64,000 bases of DNA from Mobula birostris (GCF_030028105.1 NC_092380.1:63051717-63115716); one strand, 5' to 3'; shown: positions 49,335-62,824, numbered from the stretch's first letter. Made by a program: numbers and translations. Notes: generated from the letters alone by a model not told the origin.

Positions 49335-51247
49335 GTGGGTGAGCACGAGTTCTGGAAGCAGGGGGAATAAAGAGTAGTGCAAGGTTTATGATAAGCGTGA
49401 GATTTAATGGAGTCTTGCTGGAAGAGAGTGGGCAGAAATTCAGAATCGCGGTCCAGGCCTTGGCTCGATTTCGAGAGCTTTGGATTGGAGGAGGGAAGGG
49501 GTTGTGAAGGTCCCTTGACTGGGCCGAATACTTGCATCTTAAAATCGTCTTGGAGTATAAAGATCTTTGAGGCGGAGAAATCTTTGCATGTTGAAATAAC
49601 TGGGGATTCGCTTTTAGCGATCACTTTGGGAAAATCGGAATTGGATCTGGATTTGTTGTTGATAATTTCTCATAAAGAAATTTTCTTATCGTTGGATTGT
49701 GAAGTTTAGACTTCCGGTGCTTTAAGGTTAGACATGACATATTGATACATACTGTCGTAAGAAGCAATTTCGGAAACGAATAAAATGACATAACAGAAAT
49801 CTGAAAGTAAGGTGTTGATAAAGAACACCATTTAAACCGGGATATTAAAAAGGGCAAGAGTGGCTCAACTTCAGATCGTCACCAATGAGATGTATTTGTT
49901 AGATGATTATACGATGTGTTAGTTTGTCTGTGTACTTGGCAGCAGGTTTGCATTGCAATAAACAGTTATTCTTGATTATTCCATACGTTGTTCAGTGTGT
50001 TCGGATGAGGCAAGGGTAGGATTTATGGCACTAAAAATGGGGGGGGGGGGGAATTAACATTTTCTTCTGAAATGAAACAAAAAGAAGCTGCAAAGTTTAT
50101 ATTTTGAATAATTATTTAAGAACATTATTGGTGGTTTAGATGAAGACTGTTTGTACTGAAGGCGAAGTCAAAGTCGCTGTAAACAAATTTAATACCTTTC
50201 TTTGAGGGGTGTTCTTAAGCTTGGTGCTGTCTCTGTAACTTTGGCCTTTGTGAGTTAGGGTTAGTAAATGGCAACATTCATAAAGTTTACCATAACACTA
50301 TTCCACATCAACACAAAAAAAAAGCAGTCCAGCCAAACTCACTTTCCACCACTCGGTCCTTGACTCTGCAAGTCATAGCTCTTCAAGTACACGCTACATA
50401 TATCAGAGAAATTTTAAAAAATGAAGAAGTCTGTTATCTAGTAGTGCCTTATTAGGCAGCATGAGGCTTGCTTATTGAATTGAGCTGGTTCATCCATGCT
50501 GGATGTCTGTCTGATGCAGCTGTAAGAAATATGGATGGAGGCAGGTCAGGGGAGATCTGGTTTGTGCCATAAAAGTAACTGCCCTGTGGCAATTTGAGTA
50601 AAAGTGCCTTGAATACTGATTTTCTTTAAAGTAAGATTATAGGCAGAACATAACACCATGAATAAAATGCTGATAATTAACCATGACTCTAACCCATTGA
50701 CAATATTTTTTGTTAATACTGGGTTGGGTTTTAGAATAGTACCTTTGCTTTCAAGCAAGTAATTTATCAGTAATGAAAAGAGTTGTACAATTCCATATGA
50801 AAGAAACAATTGTAGGTCACAGGAGAGAAGTTTGGTAACTTTAGTTTTCAGGGATCAGCCAAGTTGATTTTAGATTTTTCTCCAGTTCTCTGTTTTACTG
50901 TGTTCTTAAGACTTAATTAATTGAAATATAAATTGGGGTCTGTAGGCTGCCATCTGTTTTCTCAGAAGGAAATCTAAATAGGGGCAAGCAAACTGTGTAT
51001 AACCATGTTTATTTTAAATTGAAGACTGCCTTAAAAAATGTTTCAGATGTCCACAGCAGGGAGATCCTAGCTTAAAAATTCTTGAGCTACAGACAGAAGT
51101 GTCATGGAGATATGGGGGCATATAGAATGCTAAATTCATTTACCCAATAACATTTCTATATCTAAAGCTATTAGTACGAACATGCCTTGGTGTACAGATT
51201 TAAGATTTGTTTGTCAATTAACAACAGACTGTTCCAATTTTCTAGCC

Positions 51248-51715
51248 TAGACCATAAGACATAAGAGCAGAATTAGGCCATTTGGCCCATTGAGTCTGCT
51301 CCACCATTCAATCATGGCTGATTGTTTCTCCCCTCCTCCGTCTTCTCCCCATAATCTTTGATGCTATGTCCAGTCAATAGCCTGTGAAGCTCTGCCTTAA
51401 GTACATCCAATGACCTGGCCTCCACAGCTGCCTGTGGTAATCAATTCCACAAATTCACTACGCTCTGGGTAAAGAAATTTCTCTGCATCTCTGTTGTAAA
51501 TGGAGGCCCCCCCTATCCTGAGGCTGTGCCCACTTGTCCTAGACACCCCCCCCCACACCATGGGAAGCATCCTTTCCACATCTACACCGTCTAGGCCTTT
51601 CAACATTTGAAAAGTTTCAAGGAGATTCCCCCCCACCCCCATCCATCTGAATTCCAGTGAGTGCAGACCCAGAGCCATCATACATTCCTCATATGGTAAC
51701 CCTTTCATTCCTGGA
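51248..51715 (-). mobile_element. CR1 LINE 3' fragment
   Basis: ORF 51397..51708 (MKGLPYEE...LGLHSLEFR); same 3' end as the 45805 and ~31550-31820 copies. Confidence 0.85.
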
Positions 51716-52114
51716 ATGAAGCTTCTTAAAATTCAAATAGGACAAGTTATGTCAGAAATATAATCTCAGGATTCAGCTGGCTGGGCAGCAAAGGCAAATT
51801 TATCTGAATTCCCAATTCCACCCATTTCAAACCTGCAGTACTTTTACTGACTGTAATGCCTGTTGGATAAGCAGTGTTATGGACATGTGATGGCGATGAA
51901 GACTGTTTTGGGCTTGATAACTCTGTTACTTAAAGAGAGTCTTGTATTTATATAAAATCTTCTCATGTATTTTCATATGTCATGATCACCCAAACCTTGG
52001 ACCTCCGGAACTATTATAAACGGTGAAGTTTCTTTTTGTAATCTAGTTACTGGTAATAAGTAGGAAATGTGGTAGTTACTTGTACTCCCACAATCAACAA
52101 TGTAACAATCTCCT

Positions 52115-52287
52115 GCAATACAAGAGAATCTGCAGATGCTGGAAATCCAAGCAACACACCCAAAATGCTGGAGGAACTCAGCAGGCTGGGCAGCATTTGT
52201 GGAAATGAATAAACAGCCGACTTTTCGGACTGAGACCTTGATGAAGGGTCTCGGCTTGAAATGTCGACTGTTTACTCAATCTCCAGC
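52115..52287. mobile_element. Penelope-derived short fold-back element
   Basis: Terminal block followed by GAGACCTTGATGAAGGGTCTC and an inverted copy (GAAATGTCGACTGTTTA). Confidence 0.78.
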
Positions 52288-53853
52288 TAATCTGTTTTTG
52301 GTAAGTTGAGTGAGGTACAAATCATGGCTGTGAAAATGAGAATAACTATCTTCAAATTTTGAAGTGAATTTATTGTTAAAGTACATAATGACACCATATA
52401 CAACCCTGAGATTCATTTTCTTGCGAGCATTCACAGCAACTACAAGAGACACAATAGAATCAATGAACAACCACACCCAACAGAACAGACAAGCGAACAA
52501 AGTGCAAAAGACAATAAACTATGCAAATACAATAAGTAATAATAATGGCAGATGAGAAGAGGTAAGGTGCCAGAGTGAGGATTGGAAGCAGTGGGGAGGG
52601 AGAGGGGGAAGCAATTAATTTTACTGGAAAGAGAAACTGATGTTCCAGCCATCAGGCTGGAGGTTACTCAGATGGAATTTAAGATGTTGCTTCTCCACCC
52701 TGAGAACGGCCTCATAGTGGCACAAGAGGAGGCCATGGACTGACATGTCAGAACAAGAATGGGAATGAAAATTAAGATGTTTGGCTACTGGGAAGTTCCT
52801 CTTTTGGAGAGAATGGAGCAGAGATGCTTGATGGAGCGGTCCCCAGTTTACAATGGGTCTCAGCAATGTGGAGGAGGCCACATTGGTGGCACCGGACACC
52901 ATAGATGGCCCCAGCAGATTCACAGGTGCAGTGTTGCTTCACCTGGAACGACGTTTATGGGGCCCTTAACGGAGGCGAGGGAGGAGGTGAAGCACTTTGG
53001 CCACTTGCAGGGATAATTGCCGGGGTTGGGGGGATTGCATAGGGGTGGGGGGTTAGTGGGGAGGAACGAATAGACAAGAGAATTGGAGGGAGTAATCCTT
53101 GTGGAAAGTGGAGGGGGGGGGATGGTAAACTGTTTAGTGGTTGGATCCCTGTGAGGATGGCAGAAGTTGTGGAGGATGATGTGTTGGATGCGTAGGCTTA
53201 TGGTATGGTGGGTAAGGACAAGAGGAACTCATCACTGTTAAGGAGCGAGGAAGATGGGTTAAGTGAGGATGTCAGGGAGTGGAAGAGATGAGGGTGAGGC
53301 ATCAAGAGATGCGGCAACATCAGAGCGAGGAAAACCCCGTCCTTTGAAGAAAAGCATCTCTGGTGTCCTGGAAAGGAAAGCTGCATGCAGGGAACAAATG
53401 CTGTGGAGACCAAGGAACTGAGAAAAGGGAATAGCATTTTTACAGGAGACGGTACGAACAGGTATAGTCAAGATAACTGTAGGAATCAGTAGATTTATAA
53501 AAGATGTCTTTTGACAGTTCGTCTCTAGAGATGGAGACAGAGGGTCAGGAAAGGGGAGGAAGGTGTCAGAATTGGACCAAGTGAATTTAAGTGGAGGGTT
53601 AGAGACAAAGTTGATGAAATTGACGAGCTCAGCAAAGATGCATGAAGTGGAACAATGCAATCATCAATGTAGCAGAGGAAAAGTTAGTGAACATTACAGG
53701 GGAAGGCTTGGAACATGACCATTCTACGTAGCCAATGAAAAGGCAGGTATAGCTAGGGCCCATGTGGGTGTCCAAGGCTACCCCTCAAGTCTGGAGAAAG
53801 TATTTTAGAACCAAAGCAAAATTTGCTGAGGGTGAGGACCAGATTTGTCAGGC

Positions 53854-53934
53854 CAGAGATTCTCAACCTCTTTTTACGCCATAGAGCCTTGTCATTAGCC
53901 GAGGGGTCCATGGACCCCAGGTTGGGATCAGCTG
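53854..53934. mobile_element. Possible hAT-type MITE
   Basis: Imperfect TIRs CAGAGATTCTCAACCT / AGGTTGGGATCAGCTG interrupt the Penelope RT; TSD not clear. Confidence 0.5.
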
Positions 53935-54095
53935 TGCCTGGTGGTGGAGGGGAACTACTTGGTTCTTCTACTGAGAAAGAAGTGGAGAGCTTTAAGGCAA
54001 ACAACAGGAATTCTGCAGATGCTGGAAATTCAAGCAACTCACATCAAAGTTGCTGGTGAACGCAGCAGGCCAGGCAGCATCTCCAGGAAGAGGTG

Positions 54096-54132
54096 CAGTC
54101 GACGTTTCAGGCCGAGACCTTTCGTCAGGACT
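54096..54132 (-). ncRNA. Minimal type I hammerhead ribozyme motif (left arm)
   Basis: Minus strand: AGTC-CTGACGA-AAGGTCTCGGCCT-GAAA-C-GTC-GACT; stem II weakened by one substitution. Confidence 0.65.
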
Positions 54133-54768
54133 AACTGAAGGAAGAGTGAGTAAGAGATTTGAAAGTTGGAGGGGGAGGGGGAGATCCAAAATGATCCAAA
54201 AAGACAGGAGGAGGAGGGATGGAGCCAAGAGCTGGACAGGTGATTGGCAAAAGGGATACGAGAGGATCATGGGACAGGAGGTCCGGGAAGAAAGACGGGG
54301 GGGGGGGGAACCCAGAGGATGGGCAAGGGGTATATTCAGAGGGAGAAAAAGGAGAGTGAGAGAAAGAACGTGTGTATAAAAGTAAGTAACAGATGGGGTA
54401 CGAGGGGGAGGTGGGGCATTAGCGGAAGTTAGAGAAGTCGATGTTCATGTTCGACTTCTCTAACTTCTGCTAATGCCCCACCTCCCCCTCGTACCCCATC
54501 TGTTACTTACTTTTATACACACGTTCTTTCTCTCACTCTCCTTTTTCTCCCTCTGTCCCTCTGAATATACCCCTTGCCCATCCTCTGGGTTCCACACCCC
54601 CCCCCGTCTTTCTTCCTGGACCTCCTGTCCCATGATCCTCTCGTATCCCTTTTGCCAATCACCTGTCCAGCTGTTGGCTCCATCCCTCCCCCTCCTGTCT
54701 TCTCCTATCATTTTTGATCTCCCCCTCCCCCTCCAACTTTCAAATCTCTTACTCACTCTTCCTTCAGT

Positions 54769-54806
54769 TAGTCCTGACGAAGGGTCTCGGCCTGAAACGT
54801 CGACTG
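54769..54806 (+). ncRNA. Minimal type I hammerhead ribozyme motif (right arm), intact core
   Basis: Stem I AGTC(54770-73)/GACT(54802-05); CTGACGA at 54774-80; stem II AGG...CCT; GAAA at 54794-97; palindromic ACGT helix III; GTC cleavage triplet ending at 54801. Confidence 0.78.
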
Positions 54807-56069
54807 CACCTCTTCCTAGAGATGCTGCCTGGCCTGCTGCGTTCACTAGCAACTTTGATGTGTGAGCTTTAAGGCATCCTTGATGGAAGATAGAAGTGTA
54901 TAGGGACTGAACATCTATGGTGAAAATGAAGCAGTCAGGTCTAGGGAATTGAAAGTTAATGAGATTTGGGCGCATGAGAAGTGTATAAATATAAGATGAA
55001 GAGTCCTTGAAAGTGAGGCCATATGTTGTGGGAGCAGTTTCATGATGGGCAAGTGAAGTTGTCCCCTCTTTTTCAAGAGCCTATTGATTGAGGAAGTAAT
55101 AACTAACTGTTCTGAACTTGGTGGTGTGAGTCCTGAGGCAGTATACCTTCTTCCTGATGGCAGCAGCAAGAAGAGAACATGACCTGGATGGTGATGGTCC
55201 TTTATGATGGATGCTGTGCTTTCCTGCAATAGCACTCCTGTAGATGTGCTCAATGGTGGGGAGGGCTTTACCTGTGATGGACTGGGATGTATCCCCTACT
55301 TTTTTGTAGGCTTTTCCATATAAGGGCATTGGTGTTTCCATGCTGGGCCATCATACAACCAGTTGATATACGCTCCACAACATCTATAGAAGTTTGTCAA
55401 AGTTTTAGATGGCATGCTGATCGTCGCAAATTTCTTTGAAAGTAAAGGCCCCTTCTGTATTGGTTTTCAAAATAACGCTGTTGGATCTTTTATGTCTGTG
55501 TGGATCAGCAGACAAGGGATCATTGAGCACTTCATAAGTAAGACAACTCTGTCGCACTGCTTGGGTGATGCATTTGCATGTGAGCATGGGCTGGTCTTTG
55601 TAACAGATGAATTAATTTACAAAAATGTTGAGCGTGTGTCACACTTAATTTTCCAAGTGCAAGTGTCATTTTTTTTATTTTAGTAAAGGTATTTTCATTC
55701 TGATGTGTATTCTAGGTTGACAGAGGATGGAAATTCACAAGTTTTCTTCTTGAACAGCAATTAATTTTTAATTTTGGTTATACTTATTTGACCATGGCTT
55801 CTTTAAAAGGGATGAGCTAGATTAAAAACTTATACACCCCTCCCCAGGTACGCACTGATATAATTACAATGAATTTACAGCACAGGAAAAAGCCTTTTGC
55901 TTCAGTTTGTCAGTACTTACATTTTAAACAAACTTCTTCCAACCCTATTTCATCCAAAGTTATCATTATCACCCTTGTTTACAAATTTAACTTCCTTTAG
56001 TGCACTCTGCGTCTTAAGATTCTGAAACACACTTGGTTTCACCTGTTCATCATAAACTAAATTAGAAGG

Positions 56070-56592
56070 TCAGGTTCTGGTCACCTCACTACAGGAAGGA
56101 TGTGGAAACCATAGAGAGGGTGCAGAGGAGATTTACAAGGACGTTGCCTAGATTGGGGAGTATGCCTTATGAAAACAGGTTGAGTGAACTTAGCCTTTTC
56201 TCCTTGGAGTGACGGAGGATGAGAGGTGACCTGATAGAGGCGTATAAGATGATGAGAGGCATTGATCGTGTGGATAGTCAGAGACTTTTTCCCAGGGCTG
56301 AAATGGTTGCCACAAGAGGACACAGGTTTAAGGTGCTGGGGAGTTGGTACAGAGGAGATGTCAGGGATAAGATTTTTCGGCAGAGAGTGGTGAGTGCGTG
56401 GAATGGGCTGCGGGCAACGGTGGTGGAGGCGGATACGATGGGGTCTTTCAAGAGACTTTTGGATGGGTACATGGAGCTTAGAAAAATAGAGGGCTATGGG
56501 TAAGCCTAGTAATTGCTAAGGTAGGGACATGATTGGCACAACTTTGTGGGCCGAAGGGCCTGTATTGCGCTGTAGGTTTTCTATGTTTCTAA
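56070..56592 (+). mobile_element. Young CR1 LINE 3' fragment
   Basis: ORF 56219..56503, closely similar to the 19101..19661 copy; tail TTTCTATGTTTCTA. Confidence 0.92.
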
Positions 56593-57547
56593 GATAAATT
56601 CTAGTAAGTACATCTTCAAAAGACAGTGCCTCAAGAAGGTGGTATCCATCATTGAAGACCCTCATCATCAGGGAGATGTCTGCTTTGTGTTACTACTGTA
56701 AGGGAGGAGGTCAGGAGGCTGACGATCTACACTCAATGTTTTAGGAACAGCTTCCTCCCCTCTGCCATTGGATTTCTGAATAACCACCTCGTTATTAGTC
56801 TTCTACACCATTTATGTATTTTTGTAACTTAAAACTAATTTTTATTTCTTTTACTGTACTGCAGTAAAGCAACAAATTTAATGACGTGTCAGTGATGATA
56901 AATCAGAATCTGAAATTTATAATTATATCTCATTTATCTTAAATGGATTTTACATAATTATTTTGGATGTTTTAAAAATTATTTTAATCTGATATTCTTT
57001 ATTCACTTTTAACCAGAGCCCTAAATACGGTGGTGGTAATTTATTTAATTTATTTTTACATTCTTGGTGTTTGCTGTACAACCATAGATTTTCATAAACC
57101 TTTGTGGTTTGTGCAGGAAGCAGTGTTATTTAATACTGAACATTCTCAGTTATATTTTTATGTTTGTGGTATTTGGGATTTCCAAGCATCTCCACAGATG
57201 CTGTGTGAATTGCTGAATATCTGCAACAGTTTCTGTTTTTATTCAAATTCTTAGCTTCTACCATATTTTGCTGTTATGTAACTATATTCTGAAGTTAATT
57301 TCTAATGGTATTAATCTGGAGTTACGGATTTTTCTTGTAGCTGGATATTCCTCATCAGATTCAGAATCTAGAATCAGGTTTACTATCACCAGCATATGTT
57401 GTGAAATTTGTAATCTTTGCAGCAACAGTACAATGCGATACATGATTATTAAATAGTTAAATTATTCAATTAATGCAAAAAATAGGAAACTTAAAAAGTC
57501 ATGAGGCGGTTTATGGGTTCACTGTCCATTCAGAAATCGAATGGCAT

Positions 57548-57961
57548 GTTACCTGTTGTAACGTGGTTATTTGAGTTACCGTCAGCTTGAACCAGTCTAT
57601 CCATTCTCCTCTGAGCTCTCATGAATAAGGCATTTTCGCCCACAGATCTACCCCTCACTGGATGTTTTTTATTGTTTTTCACATTGTTATCTGTAAACTG
57701 TAGAGACTGTCATGTGTGAAATGCCCGTGAGATTGGCAGTTTCTGAAATACTCAAACCACCCCATCTGGCACCAACAATCATTCCACAGTCAAAGTCACT
57801 TAGATCACATTTCTTCCCCGTTCTCTTATTTGGTCTGTACAATAACTAAGTCTTGACCATGTCTGCATGCTTTTATGCATTGAGCTGCTGCCACATGATT
57901 GGCTGATTAGATATTTGCTTAAGGAGCAGGGTGTACCTAATAATAAAGTGGCCACTGAGTG
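57548..57961 (-). mobile_element. Tc1-derived element fragment
   Basis: Reverse complement of the 43336 family; TIR TAATAAAGTGGCCACTGAGTG followed by TA. Confidence 0.8.
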
Positions 57962-60819
57962 TATATTGAGATGTTTGCATCGCAGTCTATGAAGAGTTTA
58001 AAAAAAAAATTCCATCAGTACAATTGGTGATACCGCTTTGCTAATATCTGGGTTACAAGTCTATCACCTGATGAAGTGGTAGTATGTCTAATTTATTGGT
58101 GCTAGGATTAATTTGGACTAAAAAAATTACACCCACTGTAAAACAAAAACACTCACATTATAGCATAAAATCTGATTTAAAAAAAAAATATAATAGATTG
58201 ATAATGTCTCCTAGATGTAACATTGTGTAGGATGTTATGTAACATTTAATTTTGAATCTCAATTTTTTTTCATTAGAATGAGGTGGGAGAATGAATGAGG
58301 TATAAGGTAAATGGTGGAAGCTGGTGTTCTTGGATATGAAAGTAAAAAGTTCTTTTCAACTTTTGATGATCTTTATATCATCTCTTTGGTATTGCTCACC
58401 TAAATAACACATGTGCTTCTAGCTCTCCAAATACCCTAAGTAAAACACTGCAGATGTTGAAATTTTGAAATAAAGCAGAAAATCTTGTTTATGTCAAAGT
58501 TTGTCATGGCATGTGATCAGTAGCCATAGATATGAGCATGTAGATGCATGTAAATGCATTATTTCCCTTTTGATGTAAATATAATTGTATTACTTACAGA
58601 AAGTTGTAAACTTGGCCAGCTCCACCAGCACGAAGGACACATTTAAAAGGTGATGCCTCAAAAAGGAGGCATCCATCTTTAAGGAACCCCATCACCCAGA
58701 ACTTGCCCTCTTCTTACTACTACCAAGGAGAAGCTACAAGAGACCGAAAACACACTCAACATTTCAGGAACAGCTTCTTCCCCTCCACCAGCTGATTTCT
58801 GAATGGACATTGAACCCATGAACACTATCTCACTAAATTTTTCTTTTGCCCTCTTTTTGTACTAGTTTTTTTATATATACTTATTATAATTTATATTTTT
58901 TTATTATTATGTATTGCTGCCATAAAACAACAAATTTCATGACATATGCCAGTGATTTTAAACCTGATTCTGATTCTCATAAGATGGTCCAAGGTGCTAT
59001 AAAAATGCCTCTAGTCTTTAATGCTCTAAGTACGTGTGCAGTAAAACTTGCTTTGGGGAGTAAACTTTCTCTGCTAGTAAAACCAAGTGTGTTGTTCTGT
59101 GACCTCTTAAGTGCAAGCACAGCATTGTCTTTGAACATTAATCCTCCTTTCTATATTCCTTGGACAAGACACGAGGCTTCTCATTGTCTCATCAGGCCTT
59201 AACATCTGCATGTGCCAACTTCGGCCTTTGACTTTCGGTATCAACCCCAGGACTCACCTGTCACAGGAATTTCTACTCTGGACCTCAATCTTTGAACTCA
59301 CAAGCACCTTCAATCCTGGGGGTGGGGGGTGGTGGGTACACACACACCGACCTGGAGGTGTCACCAGTCCTCTCCATGGGACCTGTCAAGCTTGGTCATT
59401 GACCAGGGAACCACTGTCTATGAGAATCTTTTGCTGTAGAGCGCTCCTGCATCTCACTCTTTATTTACTGCCCCATCCTCTAACACCATTCATCCCTGTC
59501 TGCTGCCCCTAAAACCATCCTTATGAACAAAAAATGACCGGTTGAGCCACTAACTCGATGGACATTGCAGCTTGGTGCCATCTTGATCACATGTTCATTG
59601 TCATCTCAATATCAGCAAAACAAGAGCTGGTCATTGATTTCAGGAAGGGGGTGCTGCTCATGCTCCTGTCTACATCAGTGATGCTGAGGTTGAGAGCTTC
59701 AAGTTCCTAAAAGAGAAAATCACCATTGGCCCATTCAACCATATGTACGCCACAGTCAAGGAAGCTCACCAAAGCATCTACATTTAGCATGTCCCCATCA
59801 ATCCTTTCCAGTTTTTATTGATGCACCATATAAAGCATCATTGTCTTGGTGTGGTAACTCCATGGACTCTGTCTACACGTCACACTGTCAGCATAACCAG
59901 ACCCTACCCAGCCCGGACATTCTCCTCCCCATCTCACTGGGGAAGAAGCTTGAAAGCCGAGACCACCAGGCCTGTACGCCACTATTATAAGACTATTGAA
60001 TGGTTCCCTAGTGTGATGGATGGAATCTTGACCACACAATCTATCATATTGCACCTTGCTGTTCTCCTGTACTGCACTTTCTCTAGCTGTTGTACTTCAT
60101 TCTGCATTTTGTTATTGATTTATCTTGTAATACCTCAACATACCATGTCATGAATTGATCTGTATGAACAGTATGCAAGACAAGCTTATTACTGTACCTC
60201 GGTACAATAGTAACAATAAACCAATTACGGAGGGACAACCCTGATAATGGCAGTATTGAGGCATATCAGGAAGTAGAATTAGTTTGTAGAGAACTGAGAA
60301 GCAGAATGTGGTTGGAAACATGGTGGCAGTTGTCTATGGGGCCCCCAAGTGGGACACAGTGTATGTAAACTGGGCACTTAGAGATGCATCAGGGTACCAT
60401 AATAATCATGGGGAATGTTGATAATGGAAATACCAAATTAGTGTGGAGGATGAATTTGTAGACATGTTTTATAGGTTATGATTTTCTAGACATGTTGAAG
60501 AAACAGTGAAAAAAATAGCTATTTTAGATGTAGTTTTGTCCAATGAGAAAATATTAATTAAAAAGCCTGTTGTTAAGGGACCATATTGAAAGTCATTTAG
60601 TTCAGTTTGAAACTGAGATCCTCAGTTTAACCAAAGCAGATTATGAACGTATAAGATGCAAGTTGGTTTTGTAGATAGGAAAGCTAATATGACAGTAAGT
60701 GAACAGGGGCTAACATTTAAAGAATACATAAATGATAAGAAATCACTTTTTAAGCCACAGAAAAAATATGGAAAGTGATCTAGACGTAATAAAAGAAGCT
60801 AAAGATATTCCAACCCCAT

Positions 60820-62735
60820 TCCACATTGTGGACTTGGTCATTAACTCAAGCACACATCTGAGGATCTGAATGACTTCACCACGGTTGTAACAGACTTCAT
60901 TAAAACAGCTGTAGATGAGTGTGTACCCACAAAATCATCCAGGGTTTACCCCAATCAGAAGCCCTGGATGACCCATGAAATCCGGAATTTGCTAAGAGCC
61001 AGATCAGAGGCATTCAAGTCTGGAGATCAGGAGTACCACAAGAGGTGCAGGTATGATCTCCAGATAGCTATCTCACGGGCGAAGTGGAGATTCTGGACTA
61101 GACTAGTATCATCGAGGGATGCTCAACAGATGTGGTGGGGTTTGAATGCCCTAACCTCCTCCAAAGTTAATTCTATCAATATGGGGGACAGCAGAGCTTC
61201 GCTTCCAGATGAGCTCAATGCCTTCTATGCTTGCTTTGACCACCAGAACAGGGAAGAACCATCGCATATCCCCACGTCTCCTGATGATGCTTTGGTCTCG
61301 GTATCTGAAGATGAGGTGCGGGCCATTCTCAGGAGAGTGAATCCAAGGAAAGCATCTGGTCCGAATGGAGTACCTGGCTGAGTACTGTAGACCTGTGCTG
61401 ACATGTGGCTGGTGTATTCACGGATATCTTCAAATTCTTGCTCTGGCAGTGTGTGGTACCCACCTGCTTCAAGAAGGATTCAATCATACCAGTGCCCAAG
61501 AAGACCCTGACTCGATGACTATCACCCAGTGGCACTTACATCCACAGTGATGAACTGTTTTAAGAGGCTGGTGTTGAAACAATTAGTTCCTGTCTGAGTG
61601 GTGATTTGGATCTGCTCCAATTTGCCTACCAGAGCATCAGGTCCACATAGATGCCATCTCATTGGCTCTTTATCGATTACAACTCAGCATTTAATACCAT
61701 TATCCTGTCAAATCTAGTCAGTGCACGCCAAGACCTGGGCCTCAATACCCCCTTGTGCAGTTGGATCCTGGATTTCCTCACTTGCAGACCCCAGTTAGTT
61801 CAGATTGTCAAAAACATCTCCACAATCTCCATTAGCACAGGTGCACCACAGGGCTGGGTGCTTAATCCCCTGCTCTATGCTTTACACATATGACTGTGTG
61901 GCTAAGTACAGCTCCAACACCATATTCAAGTTCACTGTTGTGGGCTGTATCAAAGGTGGTGTTGAATCAGCATAAGAGGGATATTGAAAATTTGGCTGAG
62001 TGGTGTCTTTACAACAACCTCTCACTCAATATTAGCAAGACCAAGGAACTGACTGTAGACTTAAGGAGAGGGAAAACAGATGTCCTTGAGCCAGTACTTA
62101 TCGGAGGATCAGAGGTGGAGAGGGTCAGTAACTTTAAATTCCTCGGTGTCACTATCTCAGAGGACCTGTCCTGGACCCATCCAATAAATATTACTGCAAA
62201 GAAAGCATGATAATGACTCTACCTCTGCAGGAGTTTGTGGAGATTTGGCATGTCATTAAAAACCTTGACTAAACTTCTATAGCTGTGTGGTGGAAAGTGT
62301 GCCGACAGGCTGCATTACAGCCTGGTATGGGAACACCAATGCCTTTGAGCAGAAAATCCTACAAAAGGTAATGGATTTGGCCCAGTACATCACGATTAAA
62401 GCCCTCCCAACCATTGAACACATCTACATGAAACACTGTCATAGAAAGCAGCATTGAACAAAAAAGGATAACTACACTCATCTATTGAGACGTTCCCATA
62501 ACCAACGATCTCAATTTAAGGACTCTTTATCTTGTTATTTCATGCTCTTGGTATTTATTGTTATTTATTTATATTTGCATTTGCACAGTTGCCTTCTGTG
62601 ACCTTGCTCTTTCATTGATCCTGTTTACAGTTACCATTCTATAGATTTGCTGAGTATGCTCACAGGTTAAAAAAAAAACTCAGAGTTATATGTGGTGATA
62701 TATATGTACTCTGATAATAAATTTCACTCTGAAGT
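60820..62735 (+). mobile_element. Rex1/Babar LINE, ~1.9 kb, frameshifted RT
   Basis: [75 protein letters not shown]. Confidence 0.9.
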
Positions 62736-62824
62736 TCATGGCTGTAAACAAAAACTCACATCCAGACAGGTTTTAAATATCCTTCTACCATTCTTTCAGT
62801 GAGTTACAAATCACAACGATCCAA

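Larger units (their letters stand above)
54000..54863. mobile_element. Young fold-back Penelope-like insertion (~400-bp inverted arms)
   Basis: Arms at ~54040-54441 and 54451-54862 with a 9-nt spacer TGTTCATGT; 13-bp TSD GAGCTTTAAGGCA at 53987-53999 and 54864-54876. Confidence 0.93.
52550..54975 (-). mobile_element. Old Penelope-like retroelement (RT + GIY-YIG), split by younger insertions
   Basis: Minus strand: FTIDVQSLYTSIFHQGCLKA (continues past the insertion as LHFFL), GVALDTHMGPSYTCLFIGYVE, YIDDCI, KNAIPFSQFL, PVAKHLN...EKQHLKFHLSNLQPDG. Confidence 0.88.

Noticed and set aside
53020-53125. G-rich runs as a regulatory G-quadruplex
   Set aside because: They lie within a decayed Penelope element, and nothing in the sequence indicates function.
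53941-54975. Paired ORFs with near-identical peptides (LVNAAGQAAS...) as duplicated genes
   Set aside because: They result from translating the two arms of the Penelope palindrome.
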